Counted from the stretch's first letter, positions 10,782 through 21,086 are shown. The stretch is 64,000 nt of DNA from an uncultured Bacteroidales bacterium (GCA_963732575.1 CAVTAA010000006.1:64509-128508); one strand, 5' to 3'. The notes: generated by a model from the letters alone, not told the origin. Translations and numbers: made by a program.

Positions 10782-13134
10782 ATGAATAAAAAATACTGTT
10801 ATTCTGCTGATTATAATCTTATTACTGTTGTCCGGATGCGACTCCGGCCATAAAACAACACATGGAAATATGTAATGTGGTACGACACTCCTGCAGGGGA
10901 ATGGACCGAAGCTCTTCCCATAGGCAACGGCCGGCTCGGGGGAATGCTTTTCGGGAACCCTGCTGCTGAAAGATTACAGGTTAACGAAGAGTCGCTCTGG
11001 GGCGGGATGAATATTCCCAACAACAATCCCGGAGCTCTTGCACACATGCCTGAAATACGCAAGCTGATTCTTGACGGCAGGATACCCGAGGCTTTTGATC
11101 TTTCGGAAAAATACGTTGCCGGCATACCCGGAAAGATCAGGTCATACCAGACACTCGGAGAGATTTGCTTTCAATTTGCCGACACCGACCGGCAAGATCA
11201 CCGACTACCGCCGGGAGCTTAATCTCAGGACCGGCATTGCTAAAGTAAGTTTCAAGAGGGACGGAAACAAAATAGAGTACGAGGTTTACTCATCGGCACC
11301 GGATAATGTACTGGTCATTTCGATGCGATCGAAGAAGGAAGGTGGCCTTGACATGTCAATCTCACTGCAGCGGCAGCAGGATGCTGTCATCAGTGTCATG
11401 GACGGCCGCATAGACATGGAGGGACAGGTGATTGACAGTGACGACCCGGCCCTGGGGCCGGGCGGAGCTCACATGAAGTTCTTTGCCTCCCTCCTTCCAA
11501 CAGCATACGACGGTAAGCTGACACATGACAATAAATCACTGAAATATACCGGAGGAACCGAGCTGGTAATGTTCTTCAATGCAGCTACTGATTATAATGT
11601 TGACAGTCTGAATTTCGACCGCACGATCGATCCGCGAAGGAAGTGCACCGATGCCATCAGCACAGCTTCCTGGAAATCATTTGAGCGTCTGAAGAAAAGT
11701 CATATCGATGAACACTCTTCAATGTTTGACAGGGTCAGCCTGCAAATTGGAAATGACAACAAAGCTGATACCATACCCACTGACGAGCGTCTCAGGAGGT
11801 TCCAGGCAGGCGGAGATGACCCGGGACTCGATCGCACTCTATTTTCAGTACGGACGATACCTGCTGATGGGCTCGTCGCAGACATCCTGCACAGCTCCCT
11901 GCGAACCTCCAGGGTATCTGGAACAAGGATTACTTGGCTCCGTGGGGCTCTGACTACCATGTCAACATCAACCTGCAGATGAATTACTGGCCCGCGGAGG
12001 TATGCAATCTCAGCGAGACTGTCGATCCGGTGGTAACATTTCATGGAAGAGCTTACAGTTCCGGGAAGTGTCACTGCCCGTGAGATGTACGGTGCGAAGG
12101 GATGGACAATGCATCATACCACGGATGTATTCGGCAAGACGGCCGTGATAGACGGCGTTTACTGGGGCATGTTCCCGCTGGGAGGAGCATGGATGACACT
12201 GCCTCTGTGGGAACACTATGAGTTCACAAATGACACCTCCTATCCTGCGTGAGAGAGCTTACCCGGTCATGAAGGGAGCAGCCGACTTTATCAGGACTTT
12301 TCTTTTCACAGATAAAGAGGGGTATCTTGTTACAGCTCCTACTTACTCACCGGAAAACAGTTATATCGATCCGGTCTCCGGTAAAGAATTCAAGCTTACC
12401 TATGCCCCGACAATGGATAACCAGATCATACGGGAGGTTCTCACAAACTGCCAGAAAGCTGCTCAGATACTTAACACTGACACCGGATGGGCTGACAGCC
12501 TTCAGCAGACGCTGGACAAGCTCCCTCCTGTCAGGATTGCTTCCAACGGCACTATAATGGAGTGGATCAGAGGAATATGAAGAGGCTGAGCCCGGTCACA
12601 GGCACATGTCGCATCTCTTCGGGCTGCACCCGGGCACGCAGATCACACCGGATACACCTGATCTCTATGCCGCAGCACGTAAAACGCTTGAACACCGGTT
12701 AGAGAACGGCGGCGGACATACCGGCTGGAGCAGGGCATGGATCATCAATTTCTATGCCCGCCTCCATGACGGAAATGAGAGTTACAAACACCTCAGGCTG
12801 CTGCTTGAAAAATCGACCCTGCCAAATCTCTTTGACAACCACCCGCCATTCCAGATTGACGGAAACTTCGGCGGCACGGCAGGCATAGCCGAGATGCTGC
12901 TGCAGAGTCAAAACGGTGTGGTGAACATACTGCCTGCCCTGCCTGATGCCTGGCCTGCAGGGCTCTGTGACAGGATTGAAAGCCAGGGGTAATTTTGAAG
13001 TTGACATTGAATGGGAAGCAAGGAGAATGAAAGGAAGTCGTGATCAGGTCTTTCTCCGGAGCGCCTCTGACATTGGTCTGCCGAGGTAATAAGGTTTTCA
13101 TGGAGACAGTAAAGGTGTCAACGTACAGGTTTGA
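10782..13134 (+). pseudogene. Glycoside hydrolase family 95 (alpha-L-fucosidase-like) lipoprotein, about 10 frameshifts
   Basis: MWYDTPAGEWTEALPIGNGRLGGMLFG..ERLQVNEESLWGG is the GH95 N-terminus. Further GH95 stretches lie in shifting frames: LYFQYGRYLLMGSS, LPANLQGIWNKDYLAPWGSDYHVNINLQMNYWPAE and [23 protein letters not shown] lipoprotein signal peptide (..LLLLSGC) lies upstream, after the A6 run at 10788-10793. Confidence 0.85.
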
Positions 13135-13146
13135 TAAAGAATTGAA

Positions 13147-13705
13147 ATGGATAAAGTAATTCTTGTTTATTGCACTTAGCCTGCCCGTCATTTACCTTTC
13201 AAAACGGACCCTTTTTGATATAAAAAGTCACGGTTTCCCGCGTTTTTTCAGCTGGGAATGCATTATCGCACTCATCGTGGCAAACTACAAATTCTGGTTT
13301 GTTGAGCCGCTTGTCGGTAAAACAGGTCATTTCGTGGTTACTGCTTGCGATTTCTGTTTACATGGTGATCGCAGGTGTCTTGCTTCTCAGAAGAGCCCGT
13401 AAACCCGGAATAGTAAGGGTAGATGATAAGCTCTTTAAATTTGAGAAGACCACAGAGCTTGTAACTACCGGAATCTTTAAGTATGTAAGGCATCCGCTCT
13501 ACTCGTTCACTGCTGTTTCTTACCTGGGGTATATTACTTCAAGCACCCGACAGTCATCATGACTTTAGTGGCCCTGCTCTCATCGGTCCTTCTCTGGTTT
13601 ACTGCAGTGGGAGACGAAAAGGAGTGTATTGCTTATTTCGGCGACAGCTACAGGGACTATATGAAAGCGAACAAAAAGATTTATACCTTTTGTTATCTGA
13701 AATAA
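13147..13705 (+). pseudogene. Isoprenylcysteine carboxyl methyltransferase (ICMT)/phospholipid methyltransferase family membrane protein, at least 3 frameshifts
   Basis: GIFKYVRHPLYS is the family hallmark, and hydrophobic segments are spread over three frames. The tail ..DEKECIAYFGDSYRDYMKANKK ends at TAA 13703-13705. Confidence 0.65.
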
Positions 13706-13707
13706 GA

Positions 13708-14944
13708 TCAGTACAGCATCCTTACCCGTATTGTTCCTTCAATTGACCGCAGTTCCCTGATGATGCTGCTGTCAAGCGTGCTCTCGGTGTCAATTATCAC
13801 ATAGCCTACTTCAGCGTCAGTCTGAAGATATTCAGCATGCAATGTTTATTCCTTTGGAAGTGAACACATAGTTCACCTCTTTCAGCACCCCCGGTTCATT
13901 CTTATGAATATGGAGGAACCGTTGGGCATTGCAGTTAGGCTGAAGGGATATCTGCACAAAGTTCGTGGCGCCGATCGTGTCTCCGGTGTCGCTGTACCTC
14001 ACCAGCTTCTCAGCCACTTCAGTGCCAATGTTTTCCTGGGCTTCGGTGGTGCTCCCTCCCACATGAGGCGACAGTATGACATTTTCAAACATGCGCAGGT
14101 CCGAGACAAACGTATCTCCGCTTGAAGCCGGTTCATCAGGAAAGACATCAAGAGCAGCTCCCAGGATATGCTCTTCCCTGAGGGCAGATACCAGGGCAGG
14201 GATGTTGACCACCGAACCCCTTGACGCATTGATAAGGCATGACCCTTTCCTCATCAGGCTGATCTCCTTTTTACCTATCATGTCCCGCGTCAGCGGTGTC
14301 TCGGGAACATGGAGAGTGACAACATGAGCAACAGACAGACAGTTCGGCAAGAGAGCCACAGGCGACTGCCTTGCCAAGGCTGAGCTTCTTCACAATATCA
14401 TAATAATAGACATTCATGCCAAGAGCTTCTGCCAGAATCGATACCTGTGATCCAATATGACCGTATCCTATTATACCCAAGGTTCTTACCCCGTACTTCG
14501 ATATGAATTACTTGCTGATTTAAGCCATTTGCCCATGTGAGCCGCAGCATTCTTTGCCGGAATATTACGCATGAGAAGGATGCATTCGGCAATGACAAGC
14601 TCCGCTACCGAGCGTGTGTTGGAAAAAGGAGCATTAAAAACCGGGATGCCCCTGAGCCTGGCAGCACGACCGTCAACCTGGTTGGTGCCAATACTGAAGC
14701 AGCCAATTGCGAAGAGCTTGTCAGCCATGCTCAGCACTTCTTCGGTAATCTCAGTTCGTGAGCGGATCCCGATAATATTTATATTCTTTATTTTATCCTT
14801 CAGCGCAGCATCATCAAGTGAACCTGAACAGGTTTCAATATTTGTGTATCCGTTGGCTGTGAAGAATTCAACTGCACTTTGATGAATTCCTTCCAGTAAC
14901 AGAACTTTAATCTTGTTCTTATCAAGTGAAAACTTCTGAGACAT
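13708..14944 (-). pseudogene. serA: D-3-phosphoglycerate dehydrogenase, 3 frameshifts as sequenced
   Basis: The N-terminal piece 14486..14944 contains IKVLLLEGIHQSAVEFF..GCFSIGTNQVD..IPVFNAPFSNTRSVAELV and is near-colinear with E. coli SerA. The middle pieces contain GIIGYGHIGSQ and NASRGSVV..PHVGGSTTEAQENIG. The ACT-domain tail AEYLQTDAEVGYVIIDTE..GTIRVRMLY lies in a fourth frame and ends at 13708. Confidence 0.9.
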
Positions 14945-15062
14945 CGATGAATGAATTTAAGAGATACCGCCAGATTGATGCCGGAAACAAACCAGGCTGG
15001 AAATGTAATCAAAAGTGTCACTCATTATGTGAGAGTTGATTTAATGTTAATAAATTAGCAAT

Positions 15063-16409
15063 ATGTTTGAGTGGCTAAGACACTGGCGCTACGGTGACCA
15101 GTATGGTTATGAAACTTTCTTCAGAAAGCAGGACAAAAGAACTGTTGGCAAGCCAGGTATCATCCTGGCTGACCTGGGAATGCCCGAAGCCTATGATGCT
15201 GAGTTCTATACCAAATTCATGGGTCATGTTTTTGCATATTCCCTGCCTCTCTTTCTTCATAAGCTCATTCTGGCTGACAGGGGTATAGCATTGATTGATC
15301 CGTCTAATCCTCTTGCCCGGGAACCGTTCAGTCCCAGCCAGCTGATTGACATGTATGGCTCATTTGTAAACAAGGCAGGTATTCCGTACATAAACTGCAA
15401 AGTAAAATGGTGCCCACCCGGAATGAAAAGGAACCCTTCAGACCATGGATATTTTCTTTATACCGCAGATGGCAGGGGCGGCGCCCCCGAGGTATGCCAG
15501 AAGACGGCTGCAAAAGTCGCCGGCTGGTACTACGGACATCTCCTTCCTGAGAAAAAAGTAGCATGGGAGCATCAGTGCAGGTGCATCTATGATGAAACAG
15601 TTGCGGTACTCAGGAGCGAATTTCCGGGGACAGAATTTTGCCATGCACGTTATACCTATGAGGAATCAGTACTGCAGGCGGTGGAGGAGCTCCTGTCAAA
15701 AGGATGCGAGACTATCATTTATCAATGTTTCTGTAATCCTGTTTACTCTGACTTCGAGGACTATGCTTATGCCCTGCCGATGGTTCACCGTCTAGTCGGT
15801 AAAAGAGCAAAAGTCATCTGTGCCGATCAGCCTGGCAGTCAGCCGGCGATGCGTGAGGCCTATGTGCAGATCGTGCGTGACCGGTTGATGCAAATCCCTG
15901 GCAATCAGAGCATCCTGCTTATCCTCTCAAAGCATGGTCATCCTTTCAGAAAAGATACTATGGATTCAAGGGGGGCTGAGTATCGTGTGCCCCTTGAGAC
16001 AGGGATGAAGCGAGCCCTTGATCAATGGGGAGGAAGATGGAATCTGGTCTGGAGCCAGGATGAATATGCGGATGAATACTGGGATCCCCGTAACAGGAAA
16101 ATTTCAACCTATTCAGCTTACCGAAAAGCTATCGATGAGGGATACGATTATACTATTGAGGTGCCAACCGACTTCATAGCGGAGAACACTGACCTGATGG
16201 TCCTTCATGCATTGAAAAAGTTCACGGCGTTCAAAGTGTATGACCCCTTTGCACCTATTCCTTACACGAATTGGGAAGAACCTCTTGTAAGAACCTTCCA
16301 GGAAGGAAAAACAACTGGAATTTATACTGGCTGCCCGGTTGGCAGGTATCGCCACCATGTGGTCGAAGCAGTCAGCGCTTCCATATCAGAAATTCTGAAG
16401 AATGCATAA
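15063..16409 (+). CDS. Divergent ferrochelatase-fold (class II chelatase-like) protein, function unknown
   Basis: This is an intact 448-aa ORF. GIILADLGMPEAYD..FYTKF resembles the HemH N-terminus (gvLLvNLGtPd). ILLILSKHGHPF aligns with the SAHSLP catalytic-His motif. EVPTDFIAENTDLMVL aligns with PvGFvaDHlEvL. The protein is about 100 aa longer than typical HemH. Confidence 0.55.
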   Translation: MFEWLRHWRYGDQYGYETFFRKQDKRTVGKPGIILADLGMPEAYDAEFYTKFMGHVFAYSLPLFLHKLILADRGIALIDPSNPLAREPFSPSQLIDMYGSFVNKAGIPYINCKVKWCPPGMKRNPSDHGYFLYTADGRGGAPEVCQKTAAKVAGWYYGHLLPEKKVAWEHQCRCIYDETVAVLRSEFPGTEFCHARYTYEESVLQAVEELLSKGCETIIYQCFCNPVYSDFEDYAYALPMVHRLVGKRAKVICADQPGSQPAMREAYVQIVRDRLMQIPGNQSILLILSKHGHPFRKDTMDSRGAEYRVPLETGMKRALDQWGGRWNLVWSQDEYADEYWDPRNRKISTYSAYRKAIDEGYDYTIEVPTDFIAENTDLMVLHALKKFTAFKVYDPFAPIPYTNWEEPLVRTFQEGKTTGIYTGCPVGRYRHHVVEAVSASISEILKNA

Positions 16410-16455
16410 TTAAAGTCGGAAAATATATGACATGTAATAATATAAAACAGCCGAA

Positions 16456-17874
16456 ATGAAAATACTGCTTACCGGGGCGACCGGGTATATCGCTAAAAGA
16501 CTTCTGCCGGTGCTGCTTGCAGAGGGACATCATGTTGTGTGCTGCGTCAGGGATGCTAAAAGATTTAAAACCTCCGGATTAAGAAATGATAACCTGGAAG
16601 TAATTGAGGTTAACTTCCTCGAAAGGTCAACACTTGAACGAATCCCTGAAGATATTGATGCCGCATACTATCTCATCCATTCAATGTCAGCCTCAACGGC
16701 CGATTTTGATTCAATGGAAAAGACGTCTGCAGTTAACTTCAGGGACAGGATCAATAATACACAGGTCAGACAGGTTATCTATCTGAGCGGAATCGTCAAC
16801 ACCGACAAGTTGTCAAAGCACCTGGCATCTCGCAAGGCTGTGGAGGAGGAACTGACCGGGGGCAAATATCATCTCACAACCCTCAGGGCAGGAATAATTC
16901 TTGGTTCAGGCAGCGCCTCCTTTGAAATAATCAGGGATCTTGTTGAAAAACTTCCTGTCATGGTTGCTCCCCGGTGGCTGAATACCAAATCGCAGCCTAT
17001 TGCTATTCAGAACGTCATTGAATATCTCAGCGGCGTGTTGCTCAGGGAAAGTACATTCGATAAAAGCTTTGATATCGGCGGTCCGGATATTATGACTTAC
17101 AAAGAGATGCTCCTGAGATTTGCGGCAGTAAGAAATCTCAGACGCAGGGTGTATGTCGTTCCGGTAATGACACCCAAGCTTTCTTCATACTGGCTCTATT
17201 TTGTCACATCAACATCTTACAAGCTTGCCATCAATCTTGTTGACAGCATGAAAGTTGAGGTCATCTGCCGTGAAAACGATCTCCAGCAGCAACTGAAAAT
17301 CAAGCTGTTGAGTTTTGACGAAGCCGTCAGGGTGGCATTTGAAAAAATCGAAAATCACAATGTAACATCAAGCTGGACCGATGCCCTGTCGACCGCCACT
17401 CTTGAAAAAGGGATTTCAGACCTGATTAAAGTCCCTGAATACGGTTGCCTTTTTGACAGAAGATCCAAAACAATTACTGATGAAGAACTGGTTCTGAACA
17501 GACTGTGGTCCATCGGCGGTAAGACAGGCTGGTATTATGCCAACTGGCTGTGGGGAATAAGGGGTTTTATGGATAAACTGAACGGCGGGGTAGGCCTTCG
17601 CAGGGGCAGAAAGAATGATACCCAGATCGAACCAGGCGATGCACTCGATTTCTGGAGAGTGCTTGTTGCTGACAGAACAGCGAAGAGACTCCTGCTCTAT
17701 GCGGAGATGAAACTTCCGGGAGAGGCATGGCTTGAGTTTAAGATCGAAAATAACACGCTTATCCAGACAGCCACTTTCAGGCCGCTAGGTCTGAAGGGCA
17801 GACTGTACTGGTACTCTGTGATGCCATTTCATGAACTGGTGTTCAGAGGAATGATTAATCGTATAACTGCTTGA
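16456..17874 (+). CDS. NAD(P)H-binding SDR-like protein with C-terminal DUF2867-like domain
   Basis: MKILLTGATGYIAKRLL is a Rossmann GxxGxxG motif. At 472 aa, the C-terminal roughly 170 aa (..WYYANWLWGIRGFMDKLNGGVGLRRGR..) match my recollection of DUF2867. This needs HMM confirmation. Confidence 0.75.
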   Translation: MKILLTGATGYIAKRLLPVLLAEGHHVVCCVRDAKRFKTSGLRNDNLEVIEVNFLERSTLERIPEDIDAAYYLIHSMSASTADFDSMEKTSAVNFRDRINNTQVRQVIYLSGIVNTDKLSKHLASRKAVEEELTGGKYHLTTLRAGIILGSGSASFEIIRDLVEKLPVMVAPRWLNTKSQPIAIQNVIEYLSGVLLRESTFDKSFDIGGPDIMTYKEMLLRFAAVRNLRRRVYVVPVMTPKLSSYWLYFVTSTSYKLAINLVDSMKVEVICRENDLQQQLKIKLLSFDEAVRVAFEKIENHNVTSSWTDALSTATLEKGISDLIKVPEYGCLFDRRSKTITDEELVLNRLWSIGGKTGWYYANWLWGIRGFMDKLNGGVGLRRGRKNDTQIEPGDALDFWRVLVADRTAKRLLLYAEMKLPGEAWLEFKIENNTLIQTATFRPLGLKGRLYWYSVMPFHELVFRGMINRITA

Positions 17875-17972
17875 AATTATCAGATCAAATATTATTTTTG
17901 TTTAATGTGAAAGCCATTATGTTCTGCTGTTAATGCCTCAGCAGGGCAAATCCGGACAGTTAACCACAGATA

Positions 17973-20312
17973 ATGGTACACGGAATGAAGCACCAGCCAT
18001 CAATAAAAAGACTGAGAGCAGGGCTCAAGTCGGACGAGACAGGTAACAAGGCTAATTCGCTGATATTTCTTCACAGATACGGTTTTAATATCCCACTTAC
18101 TTTTCTTGTCAGCACATATGCTCATGACAGATTCCTTAAGGAGGGTGCGGATTTTCTTGATGAGCTCAGAAATGAGGTATCCGCTCTCCCCGATAAAGTT
18201 TATGCTGTCCGCTCTTCAACAACTGCTGAAGATTCTCCGGAGTATAGTTTTGCCGGGCAGTTTCAGACCCTGATTAACATAAGCGGCACTGAAAAAATTC
18301 TTGAAGCGATAAAGACTGTCTGGGCATCTGCCTCATTGTTGAATGATAACGAATATCTAAAGAGAACCAGGATCTCCTCGCTCAGATGCGCAGTCATAAT
18401 TCAGGAAATGATACCCGCCGTACTGGCCGGCGTCAGCTTCAGCCGCAATCCCGTTACAAACCAGAATGAGATAGTTATTGAAGCTGTTGAGGGTGCCGGT
18501 GAGGATCTGGTGCAGAAGGGCTACACCCCTCTGCGATGGAGGATCAGAAAGGACTTAATCTTTGAAGGGAACGGCCAATACCCTCTCTTTTCAGTCATCA
18601 GGCAGGTATCGGCAGACACAGCCCGGCTCAGACGTTACTATGGCAATCATATTGACATAGAATGGGTGTATGACGGGAAACAGCTCTATTATCTGCAGCT
18701 GCGCCAGATAACAGGCAGAAAGGAGATGCAGATCTATTCGAACAAGATGGCCAAGGAGATGCTGCCCGGTCAGATCAAGCCGCTGGTATGGTCTGTCAAC
18801 ATCCCGATGGTGAACGGCACCTGGATACAACTGCTTGAAGAGATTACCGGACCCCTGGAAATAAAACCTGAAGATCTGGTAAAACAATTCTACTATCAAA
18901 TGTACCTCAACACTGCCGCACTGGGGAAAATATTCAGTGAGTTCGGAATGTCAGCTGACAGCCTTGAGCAGCTCATGATCAGAGATGAAAAGTCAAGCCA
19001 TTCGTTCAAACCCGGTCTGAAAACCCTGAGGCATACATTCAGGATAATTAAGTTCGTGGCTGCAAAGATGCGTTTTGAAAAGATATTCCTGGCTGAATAC
19101 TCTGAGCTTAAAGCGAAATCCACCTTTTATGATGGAATGCTGAGAAAAGATTTGTCCATTGACTCTTATCCTGAAATCTATTCGATGCTTTTTAATACCG
19201 GAAAGAGGCTGGCATATCTGAATATAGTGGCGCCGATGCTGATGACAATGCACCACAAGAGACTGAAGAGCAAACTGAAAGAGCTTCATCTTGATTATGA
19301 CAAGATTGATTTCAGACCAGATTTCCCTGAATTGACATCCTTCTCCCCTGTTCCGCTCATTGACAGTATAAGGAAAGAGATCGGGAAGCTGCCGCCTGTG
19401 ATCAGAGAGCAATGCACAACTCTTGAAAAGCTCAGATCCTTCAGGGAAGCAGACAACATAAGCAGCAGTATTGACAGGTTAATTAAGGATTTCGGCCATC
19501 TCAGCGAAAGCGGCAATGATTTTTCATATCCCAAATGGGAAGAGGATCACGAAATGGTTTTCCATTTAATCAGGTCATCTTCTGAACATGAATCAAAATC
19601 AGAACTTGACAGCCTTGATAAAATCCGCCGGAGAGGTGTAAAGATCGCTCCTTCCTTGTATAAGAGCTATATGAAAGCCGGCAGATACAAAGTGTATCGC
19701 GAACAGATCAGCTCTTTATATATTTACGGTTACGGCCTTTTCCGAAGGCTCTTCCTGTACCTGGGAAAGGAGTTTGCCGCCAGGCGGATCATCAATAACG
19801 AAAATGACATCTTTTACCTGAAAAAAGAGGAAATAGACAGCATCCTTGAGAATTTTTCCAAGCCTGACATTACCTGTTATAATGATGTTATACAACAGCG
19901 GAAGTCAGAGATGGAAGAGACAAAAGACATCGTACTTCCTCCGGTTATCTATGGTGATGACGCTCCACTCCCTGCAAATGACAAGTCTAAGAATCATTCC
20001 GGGACAGGGACTTCTCCGGGAACCTACACGGGGAAGACAAGGGTGGTGAAAAGCATCAGTGATTTCGATGCCGTCACCAATGGTGATGTTCTGCTTATCC
20101 CCTTTTCAGATGTGAGCTGGACCCCGGTGCTGGCCAGGGCCGGTGCAATTGTCTCAGAAACAGGCGGAATGCTCTCACACTGTTCTATCATAGCCAGGGA
20201 GATGGGGATACCTGCACTTGTTTCCGTACCTAACGCATGCATTATAGGTAACGGAATGAAAGTTACAGTCAACGGATCAAATGGAATATTAACCCTGCAC
20301 GATTATGAATGA
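17973..20312 (+). CDS. PEP/pyruvate-binding (PPDK_N ATP-grasp) protein with C-terminal PEP-utilising swivel-His domain; PEP synthase / rifampicin-phosphotransferase-like architecture
   Basis: The ORF is 779 aa. The N-terminus reads GNKANSL..VRSSTTAEDSPEYSFAGQFQT and the C-terminus reads GDVLLIPFSDVSWTPVL..ETGGMLSHCSIIAREMGIPALV (phospho-histidine motif). There is no C-terminal TIM-barrel PEP-binding domain. Confidence 0.85.
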   Translation: MVHGMKHQPSIKRLRAGLKSDETGNKANSLIFLHRYGFNIPLTFLVSTYAHDRFLKEGADFLDELRNEVSALPDKVYAVRSSTTAEDSPEYSFAGQFQTLINISGTEKILEAIKTVWASASLLNDNEYLKRTRISSLRCAVIIQEMIPAVLAGVSFSRNPVTNQNEIVIEAVEGAGEDLVQKGYTPLRWRIRKDLIFEGNGQYPLFSVIRQVSADTARLRRYYGNHIDIEWVYDGKQLYYLQLRQITGRKEMQIYSNKMAKEMLPGQIKPLVWSVNIPMVNGTWIQLLEEITGPLEIKPEDLVKQFYYQMYLNTAALGKIFSEFGMSADSLEQLMIRDEKSSHSFKPGLKTLRHTFRIIKFVAAKMRFEKIFLAEYSELKAKSTFYDGMLRKDLSIDSYPEIYSMLFNTGKRLAYLNIVAPMLMTMHHKRLKSKLKELHLDYDKIDFRPDFPELTSFSPVPLIDSIRKEIGKLPPVIREQCTTLEKLRSFREADNISSSIDRLIKDFGHLSESGNDFSYPKWEEDHEMVFHLIRSSSEHESKSELDSLDKIRRRGVKIAPSLYKSYMKAGRYKVYREQISSLYIYGYGLFRRLFLYLGKEFAARRIINNENDIFYLKKEEIDSILENFSKPDITCYNDVIQQRKSEMEETKDIVLPPVIYGDDAPLPANDKSKNHSGTGTSPGTYTGKTRVVKSISDFDAVTNGDVLLIPFSDVSWTPVLARAGAIVSETGGMLSHCSIIAREMGIPALVSVPNACIIGNGMKVTVNGSNGILTLHDYE

Positions 20313-21081
20313 GGTAACAGCATTTCTTGAAAGCCACCCGCTGCTGCTTGTCCTTATTTGCAGCCTGATCGGCTACCTGCTTGGATCAATCTCCTTTGCC
20401 AGAATTGTATATCGTAACGTGACGAAGGGCAAGGATCTTGAATTCTACTCTGAACCGATTGAAGGCACTGATGAAAAATTCGATTCTGACTTTGTAAGCG
20501 CAACACTCGTTAATAAACGGATAGGCGCAAAGTACGGCTGCCTGACCTCACTTGCAGATATGCTCAAAGTCGCACTGCCCACTCTGATCGCAAAACTTGC
20601 TTTCACATCAGAACCGTATTTTCTTATCATCCCCATTTTTGGAATACTTGGCCACTACCTACCTGTGTATCATAACTTTATCGGAGGAAGGGGTGAGACA
20701 ATCATGATGGGTGCAATGTTTGTTGTGAATTGGCTCGGAACGATCATCGTCTTTGCTGTCTCAACCATTCTGGGATTTGTCACCGGCAGTGTGATAGTGC
20801 TCCGTTATGCAGGCTATTTCCTGATGATATTCTGGCTTTGGCATCACTATGGTGACTACCGTTACGGTCTGTTTATGTTCATTCTGTACGGGCTTTTTTG
20901 GTTTTCCATGCGAAAGGAAATCGCTTTGCTGATTACGCTTCGTAAAAAAGGGCTATGGAATGATACCAACGAGCAGCTTTCAGAAAAGATGTATATGGGA
21001 AGAGATATTGGAAGAGCTATTGACAATTACAGCATTCCGTCCCTGTACAAAAAGCTCAAAGCAGGTAAAAAATCGCACTGA
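20305..21081 (+). CDS. PlsY-like (G3P acyltransferase family) integral membrane protein, divergent
   Basis: The 258-aa membrane protein has GYLLGSISFARIV and GHYLPVYHNFIGGRGETI, which parallel the PlsY motifs GYLLGSIPF and GHiFPvflgFkGGKGvAT. The SGNxGATN-type motif is not recognisable. The gene overlaps the upstream dikinase-like gene by 8 nt. Confidence 0.55.
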   Translation: MNEVTAFLESHPLLLVLICSLIGYLLGSISFARIVYRNVTKGKDLEFYSEPIEGTDEKFDSDFVSATLVNKRIGAKYGCLTSLADMLKVALPTLIAKLAFTSEPYFLIIPIFGILGHYLPVYHNFIGGRGETIMMGAMFVVNWLGTIIVFAVSTILGFVTGSVIVLRYAGYFLMIFWLWHHYGDYRYGLFMFILYGLFWFSMRKEIALLITLRKKGLWNDTNEQLSEKMYMGRDIGRAIDNYSIPSLYKKLKAGKKSH

Positions 21082-21086
21082 AACAG

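Noticed and set aside
8806-13134. Programmed +1 ribosomal frameshifting or systematic recoding. The idea arose because the GH97 and GH95 fragments step +1 in frame almost every time.
   Set aside because: Other genes need -1 corrections (7211-7215, 7602-7603, nagA 46852 and about 47175, patatin, the SCO1 start). I saw no shared slippery or stimulatory motif at the sites. The localisable sites are ordinary short homopolymers. Homopolymer indel error or decay is the simpler explanation.
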